The translations under genes and the position numbers were made by a program. Below the pieces are notes generated by a model. That model saw only the letters and a list, made by a program, of their open reading frames with translations, ran no database searches and was not told the origin of the DNA. Positions 59,192 through 64,000 of a stretch of DNA of 64,000 bases are shown piece after piece (within the stretch, counting starts at the first letter, position 1; each line of letters begins with the position of its first letter). The stretch spans positions 5,040 to 69,039 of the forward strand of contig JAHXHN010000007.1 of assembly GCA_025656675.1 (NCBI GenBank), in the 5' to 3' direction. This DNA comes from Candidatus Thiodiazotropha sp. (ex Codakia rugifera). GTDB taxonomy: Bacteria; Pseudomonadota; Gammaproteobacteria; Chromatiales; Chromatiaceae.

Positions 59192-59794
59192 TCAACCGCG
59201 CTTGGACTCATGACCGACAATCATCTCTCTCAAATAACCAAACGGCTCTTCACTGGTAGTCAGAGTAAGATAGAGGTGTATTGGAATAAAACTAAGAATG
59301 GCGAAAGCACCGATAGTATGCACGGCTGCAACCAATCCCAAAGAAGCACTGCTCATGCCTATCAGAGGCCAGTATTGATAGAAAAGATAGAGTATGCCAC
59401 TCACCCAGATAATAGGTGAAATGATCATAGTCAGTATGAGGTAAGCCATACGTTGCATAGGGTTGTGTTTCTCTGCCCTCTTCCGGTGAAAAGGATGAGG
59501 TGCCCCAAGAAAGATACCGACCAGGTAGTATTTAACCATTGACATCATACTGTCGGCATCACTGGGGAGATATTGGCGCCATTCACCGGTGGTGGTGTGC
59601 CAGAAAAGTGCCAGCAGCCACAATCCAATCAGCACCCACGCCAAAAGTGTATGTAGATTAATCGCCTGCTCATAGCCCAATAGCTGATACGTACCATGAA
59701 TCTCAAAACCTGTAATCAGCATACCGAAAATCAGTATCGCTTGAGACCAGTGCCAGAAACGCTCAAAGAGACTGAAGTAGTATATTTGACTCAT
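59192..59794 (-). CDS. b-type cytochrome membrane subunit (PF01292 / HyaC/FdnI/PhsC-like)
   Basis: N-terminal motif FSLFERFWHWSQAILIFGMLITG, four TM helices and conserved His residues. Start taken at the internal Met, 5 nt after the octaheme cytochrome stop. Confidence 0.7.
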   Translation of the reverse strand: MSQIYYFSLFERFWHWSQAILIFGMLITGFEIHGTYQLLGYEQAINLHTLLAWVLIGLWLLALFWHTTTGEWRQYLPSDADSMMSMVKYYLVGIFLGAPHPFHRKRAEKHNPMQRMAYLILTMIISPIIWVSGILYLFYQYWPLIGMSSASLGLVAAVHTIGAFAILSFIPIHLYLTLTTSEEPFGYLREMIVGHESKRG

Positions 59795-59799
59795 TGCTG

Positions 59800-61404
59800 T
59801 TATCTCCTGTTGGACTTTGATAACAATCGGCCCAGACCATGTAGGGAGATACCCCCCACAGTACCTAATACTGCCAGCCAACCGAAAAGGTCAACCCAGT
59901 AGTAGTTATCACGTCCGGGCATATAAAACCCACTGAGATTACTTAAACGTCCCTCTTTCGCGTGACAACTTTCACAACCCAGTGCCTCTTCTTTGAGTGA
60001 TACCATGTGTGCCAATGGCCAATGATAGGTCGTCTCTATGAAGCCATACTCTCCGCTATAGTCAGCATTGCCTGCATCCATGGCTGCTTTGATGGCTCTG
60101 TTCCAATCAAATGATTTCCAATAAGCATCACTATCCTTACCAAAAAGGTGCGTCGTCACTAGCGTATTATTGCCCTTGTCAAAGGGTTGTTTACCTCGCA
60201 TGACCTTGAATGGCCATATTCTCGCATCAGGATCGTCGTAACTCCCTTCAAAGGTATTGATAGCTACGACACTGTTTGGATCGATCTTCTCATCGAGTTG
60301 CTTATAGCGGATATTGCCGGAGTACCAGGCATATTCAGGAACCAGGTTTTCACCCCATTCAAATGAGCCCTTTTTGGTTACATAGTTTACGTACCCCTTG
60401 GCATCCTTGGTTTTGATGTGTTTTCCATCATTGCTCATACGACCCGCTGTTGACCAGTCCCACCAGGTTTTGGTGGGTCTGCCACCTCTGGCATAGGTGG
60501 GAATATGGCAGGTTGTGCAAGCAATTTTGCTGGTATGATCATTGAGTTTATTGTTTACCGTAACAGGATGTGGCCTGTCACCATGACAGGACTCGCAAGT
60601 TGAGCGGATGTTGTCATCACGACCTGGGATATCGATACCGTGTTTATCTTTAGCTTGCGTGATGTAACGACTACCCGATACATCATGCCCCTCTTTTTGA
60701 TGACATGTGCTGCAGGCGAAATCCAATCCATCCGTACCCATGTGGACATCCAATGCCTGGTTTGGATTGGTCATGCTGGAGTCGAGATCACCATGTTTGA
60801 TTCCATCACCCCCGCCCCCATAGAAATGGCATGCACCACACGTTTTACGACTGGTTTTACCCACGCGCTGTGCAACCTGCGATAAATCAGGTGCTTTCCA
60901 GATCTTCTTGCTTTTGGGTGGAAAGGGTTTATCCACATAGGGGGGGTGACCTGCACCAGTAGGAAACTTTTTGTAGGTTCCTGTGGTATCGTGACAAACA
61001 AGACAGTCAACATTTGTCTCAGCGCTGAAATCAAAACTGTTGTCTTTCCAGCCATATCCAATATGACAACTGGTGCAGCGAGCATAGTTTGTCTCGATAG
61101 CCCCACAAAAATTATTTACAATTGTCTGCTTGCCCAACTCCTCACCTGTATCTGGGTGAGTGAACTTCCACAACCAGTGTTTGGTTTTGTGTATCTGTTT
61201 TGAGGCCTCTGTATGACAACTCAGACAGGCTTGGGTAACCTCCGGACCTGATTTGAATGTCTGTTGAAGCTCATCAAACTTGGTGTGATCGGCTGTGGTC
61301 TTAATGATCGCTTCTGCTGCAGGCAGAGCAACAGTGAACAGCAGTAATGAGAGTAGAGGTATGAGTGAAATCAGACGAAGCGTACAGCAGTTTTTCGAGC
61401 ACAT
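59800..61404 (-). CDS. octaheme c-type cytochrome (Otr-like family)
   Basis: Signal peptide plus eight CxxCH motifs: CLSCH, CTSCH, CLVCH, CGACH, CSTCH, CESCH, CTTCH and CESCH. Confidence 0.75.
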   Translation of the reverse strand: MCSKNCCTLRLISLIPLLSLLLFTVALPAAEAIIKTTADHTKFDELQQTFKSGPEVTQACLSCHTEASKQIHKTKHWLWKFTHPDTGEELGKQTIVNNFCGAIETNYARCTSCHIGYGWKDNSFDFSAETNVDCLVCHDTTGTYKKFPTGAGHPPYVDKPFPPKSKKIWKAPDLSQVAQRVGKTSRKTCGACHFYGGGGDGIKHGDLDSSMTNPNQALDVHMGTDGLDFACSTCHQKEGHDVSGSRYITQAKDKHGIDIPGRDDNIRSTCESCHGDRPHPVTVNNKLNDHTSKIACTTCHIPTYARGGRPTKTWWDWSTAGRMSNDGKHIKTKDAKGYVNYVTKKGSFEWGENLVPEYAWYSGNIRYKQLDEKIDPNSVVAINTFEGSYDDPDARIWPFKVMRGKQPFDKGNNTLVTTHLFGKDSDAYWKSFDWNRAIKAAMDAGNADYSGEYGFIETTYHWPLAHMVSLKEEALGCESCHAKEGRLSNLSGFYMPGRDNYYWVDLFGWLAVLGTVGGISLHGLGRLLSKSNRR

Positions 61405-61615
61405 GACGCCCTCCGGTAACGGAGATTTTCAAAACGGCCCTCACACCGGTATAACCCGGTATGAGGACTCAAACTGACTAGTGTTCGCCCATAGTAAGCA
61501 GTGTCCGTTATCCCGGCGTATCTAGAACCCAGTATGACGTTGAACATGCTGGACCCCGGCATCTGCCGGGGTGATACGATTTAGAAAAAACATGCGTTTC
61601 CGGACGAATACCAGC

Positions 61616-62908
61616 TTATAGATTCACCTCTGCAACTGCTATCGACTCAGGTGCAACCAAGTCTTCAGGCAGGTGTTTGAATTTATTGACCAGTACAGGC
61701 CATAGCAGGTTGTAGAACAGTTCACCCCGTACAAGTACTGTGCCTTTTGCAGGAATATTGTATGAAAGTATTCTTTCTTCATAGGGTTTCAGACGCGTGT
61801 CGGCACCCAATTGTGTCGCTGTAGGAGGCATAGCAGGATCGCCTTTGTCATTCGCCAGCAGATAAGCGAAATAGGCCTTGGAGTCGTCCTTGGCTGGATG
61901 GCCTTCTGCGTTTTGCCAGACTACATTGCCCTGTGCATCATAAGCGGAGAGTTTCAGGTAAATATTTCTGAAAGGAGCACCGGTTGGTAGACTGTGAGGC
62001 TGCATATTCTTCAGCTTCACCGTTGCATTCAGATTATCACCCTCTTTGACGGCATCCAGGGTGAAGACAACACTGCGCTTCAACATGGCATGGTTGTGTC
62101 CGCCCCCCATACCGTGATCCGCCATACCACCGGCTATCGGCATATGGCATGACTGGCAATTGACATTACTGCCGGCATATTCATTGCCGGTCTGGCAAAG
62201 TGGTACGCCATGTGGATTATTGCGCTTATCGTGGCAACCCATACAGGCCGCATTGGTCTTCATCAATCCGGGATTTCCCGCCATTGGTAATGCAGGAATC
62301 TTCTTGCCATCCAGTTCCACTTCACCCTGTGTATGGGGATTGGGTTTTGAATCATCACTGCCGGCACCACCAAACATATCGTCAGCCGCCACTAATTTTG
62401 CCAATCCCTGGTTGAATCCCTGAGGGCCCTGCAGTTCATTCTTTCGCTCATACGCTTTAAGCCCTAATAAAAGCTTGCCATTTTTTCCACTGGTCCCTTT
62501 GAACTTAGACAGGGTATGGCATGCGACGCAATTGACACCTTCTGAATAAGCAGGCTTGGCATCGAGCTTCGTTGTTTTATCAACGGCCGCATTAGGCGCA
62601 TGGCACTGTAAACAGATTGGATACTTACCTGAAGCCTTGTGTTTGACACCCTCTTCAATCGGACTGCCAACGACTTTTTTATAGAAAGTCCCATGAATCG
62701 GATCTTTCAATGCAGTGCTTTGAGCGTGCATTGAGCCCTTCCACTGTTTGTATATTTCTTTATGACAATTTTGACAAACTTCTGAAGATATTTGATGAAC
62801 CGGTTTTTCGGTACCAGCCGATACTCCCAAGGGATTTATCAGTAGAACCAGTAATGAGAATGTGTAGCTTAAGACGCGGTATGTCCTTGAAGCAAATGCT
62901 GCTTCCAT
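61616..62908 (-). CDS. pentaheme c-type cytochrome
   Basis: Five CxxCH motifs: CQNCH, CLQCH, CVACH, CMGCH and CQSCH. Start at the internal Met, preceded by a perfect AAGGAGG. Confidence 0.75.
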   Translation of the reverse strand: MEAAFASRTYRVLSYTFSLLVLLINPLGVSAGTEKPVHQISSEVCQNCHKEIYKQWKGSMHAQSTALKDPIHGTFYKKVVGSPIEEGVKHKASGKYPICLQCHAPNAAVDKTTKLDAKPAYSEGVNCVACHTLSKFKGTSGKNGKLLLGLKAYERKNELQGPQGFNQGLAKLVAADDMFGGAGSDDSKPNPHTQGEVELDGKKIPALPMAGNPGLMKTNAACMGCHDKRNNPHGVPLCQTGNEYAGSNVNCQSCHMPIAGGMADHGMGGGHNHAMLKRSVVFTLDAVKEGDNLNATVKLKNMQPHSLPTGAPFRNIYLKLSAYDAQGNVVWQNAEGHPAKDDSKAYFAYLLANDKGDPAMPPTATQLGADTRLKPYEERILSYNIPAKGTVLVRGELFYNLLWPVLVNKFKHLPEDLVAPESIAVAEVNL

Positions 62909-63485
62909 GGTGTTCCTCCTTAATTTCTTGATGCAGGATGAGAGAGAATTTTTATACTTCTTTTCTTCTCGGTTAAGAATCATACACAGATTGATTGATA
63001 TAAAAAATAAAAAAACAGTGAGTTATTGATTGAGCGCAGAAGATTAAAATCACTAATTAGTAAATACCCTGCATTTTATTAGTACATTTATTGAATAAGT
63101 GTTTTTTTATATTTTAAGTGTTGTTTCAGCTTAATTGATAATTCTCATTGACATGTACTGTGTTTAGTTTGCGCAAGGCATCCTTGCCACCGCCACCTTC
63201 ATGTGTGTAATATCGAACGTATATCAACCTTGTTTAAATAAGCCTACATTTTATGATGCATATCATGATCTGTATGCAACATCATGATAGGATGATTGAG
63301 TAACCATTAACCCTTCGACTAAAAAAAACGATAAGCGCATTCCTGCATGGCCTGTTCTGCAGGCATGCCCAAAGAACAAAAACTACAGCTGCGATTGTCA
63401 CTAATAATTCCAATATCTAAATAACGCCTAATGCAGTATCTGGCTAGGATGCACGATATGACACTCCAGCTTAAGGAGATCGTGA

Positions 63486-64000
63486 ATGAACCTGTCCCTG
63501 CTGAGGCGTCTTCTGTGTCTTGCCCTGATTTGCTGTCCCCCTATCCTGTTTGCAGCGAAAGTCACCGTTGATCCCAACCAGTGGGGCGATCCGCTTGGAA
63601 AGGAGTGCATCAGTTGCCATGAAAAAGCATCGCCCGGCCTGGCCCAGCAATGGCACAAGAGTGTTCATGCGGAAGCGGGCGTTAATTGCCTCGATTGCCA
63701 TAAGGCATCAGTCGATGACATTGATGCGATAACCCACGAAGGACAGGTTATTGCCACCATTGTATCTCCTCTCGATTGTTCCCGATGTCATACAGTTGAG
63801 TATGAACAGCAGAAAGGTTCGGTTCATTCCGAGGCAGCGACAATCATCGAAAACAGGCTGCCTGCCCTGGCCGGTCATGTTGGCGGTGATGCCATCGTAG
63901 CGGCGGGCTGTGACCAGTGTCATGGCTCAAAGGTCAAATTGCGAGGCGATGGCACGATTGACCCCAGCACCTGGCCAAACTCGGGTATTGGCCGAATAAA
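63486..64000 (+). CDS. multiheme c-type cytochrome (HAO/octaheme-family-like N-terminus), 5' partial; continues beyond the window end
   Basis: AAGGAG RBS, a signal peptide (MNLSLLRRLLCLALICCPPILFA) and four CxxCH motifs in the first 170 aa (CISCH, CLDCH, CSRCH, CDQCH). No stop before the window edge. Confidence 0.65.
   Translation, partial: MNLSLLRRLLCLALICCPPILFAAKVTVDPNQWGDPLGKECISCHEKASPGLAQQWHKSVHAEAGVNCLDCHKASVDDIDAITHEGQVIATIVSPLDCSRCHTVEYEQQKGSVHSEAATIIENRLPALAGHVGGDAIVAAGCDQCHGSKVKLRGDGTIDPSTWPNSGIGRI

Noticed and set aside
1-64000. Mobile elements, CRISPR arrays, prophage or defence-island signatures
   Set aside because: No transposase, integrase or recombinase domains. No direct repeat-spacer arrays or IS terminal inverted repeats. 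No recognisable restriction / abortive-infection domains. The only tRNA-like sequence is a short fragment.

Overview
Chromosomal segment from a Gram-negative, probably gammaproteobacterial, bacterium that respires nitrate and carries sulfur-relay genes. I found no transposase, integrase, CRISPR array, or intact rRNA or tRNA gene. Reading left to right:

- **1-2.6 kb:** a glycerol / glycerophosphodiester catabolic operon (glpD-like, partial; GDPD; FGGY kinase).
- **2.9-5.6 kb:** an NfeD-stomatin pair followed by an Hsp20 that carries a signal peptide.
- **6.3-12.7 kb:** an unusual phosphate-transport operon, pstS-phoU-pstC-pstA-pstB-pstB'-pstS'. The PhoU is fused to a degenerate LMW-PTP/ArsC-like domain. 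The two PstB copies carry complementary motif degeneracies.
- **13.3-24.9 kb:** the respiratory nitrate reductase operon: a fused NarK1-NarK2 transporter, a further NarK, narGHJI, and a trailing cysteine-less DsrC/TusE-like gene.
- **25.1-28.2 kb:** narX plus a NarL-type regulator with an internally duplicated receiver domain.
- **28.7-39.0 kb:** a compact seven-gene membrane-stress / remodelling locus. It encodes a YjfI-like protein, a PspA/IM30 (YjfJ-like) protein, a small RHH-like protein, a YqiJ/NfeD-like membrane protein, a flotillin-like SPFH protein, a 1757-aa protein with one AAA+ ATPase module, and an M50B-like HExxH membrane protein. This is the best candidate for an undescribed system. 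The working hypothesis is that it extends the PspA-NfeD-flotillin module with a dedicated AAA+ remodelling ATPase and a protease.
- **39.4-43.2 kb:** an AT-rich stretch of secreted or outer-membrane hypotheticals and a GGDEF-EAL protein.
- **43.4-48.1 kb:** tandem sigma32-type sHSPs; a copper-associated cluster (DUF411/CopG, lipoprotein cytochrome c, Cys-rich periplasmic protein); a TetR regulator; and a TusA-DsrE pair.
- **48.2-50.3 kb:** a Yip1-domain membrane protein and a GC-rich hypothetical, flanked by short REP-like palindromes.
- **50.4-58.0 kb:** a TonB-dependent receptor, a YfiR-like protein, and a 1622-aa hybrid histidine kinase with three receivers, Hpt, PAS, GGDEF and EAL domains.
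- **58.6-64.0 kb:** a lysine-rich secreted protein and a multiheme cytochrome island: an octaheme Otr-like cytochrome with a cytochrome b anchor, a pentaheme cytochrome, and a partial HAO-family-like multiheme cytochrome running off the 3' edge.

All functional calls come from motif and architecture recognition by eye in the supplied translations. No database search was possible. Coordinates of small motifs read off the printed sequence may be off by 1-2 nt.
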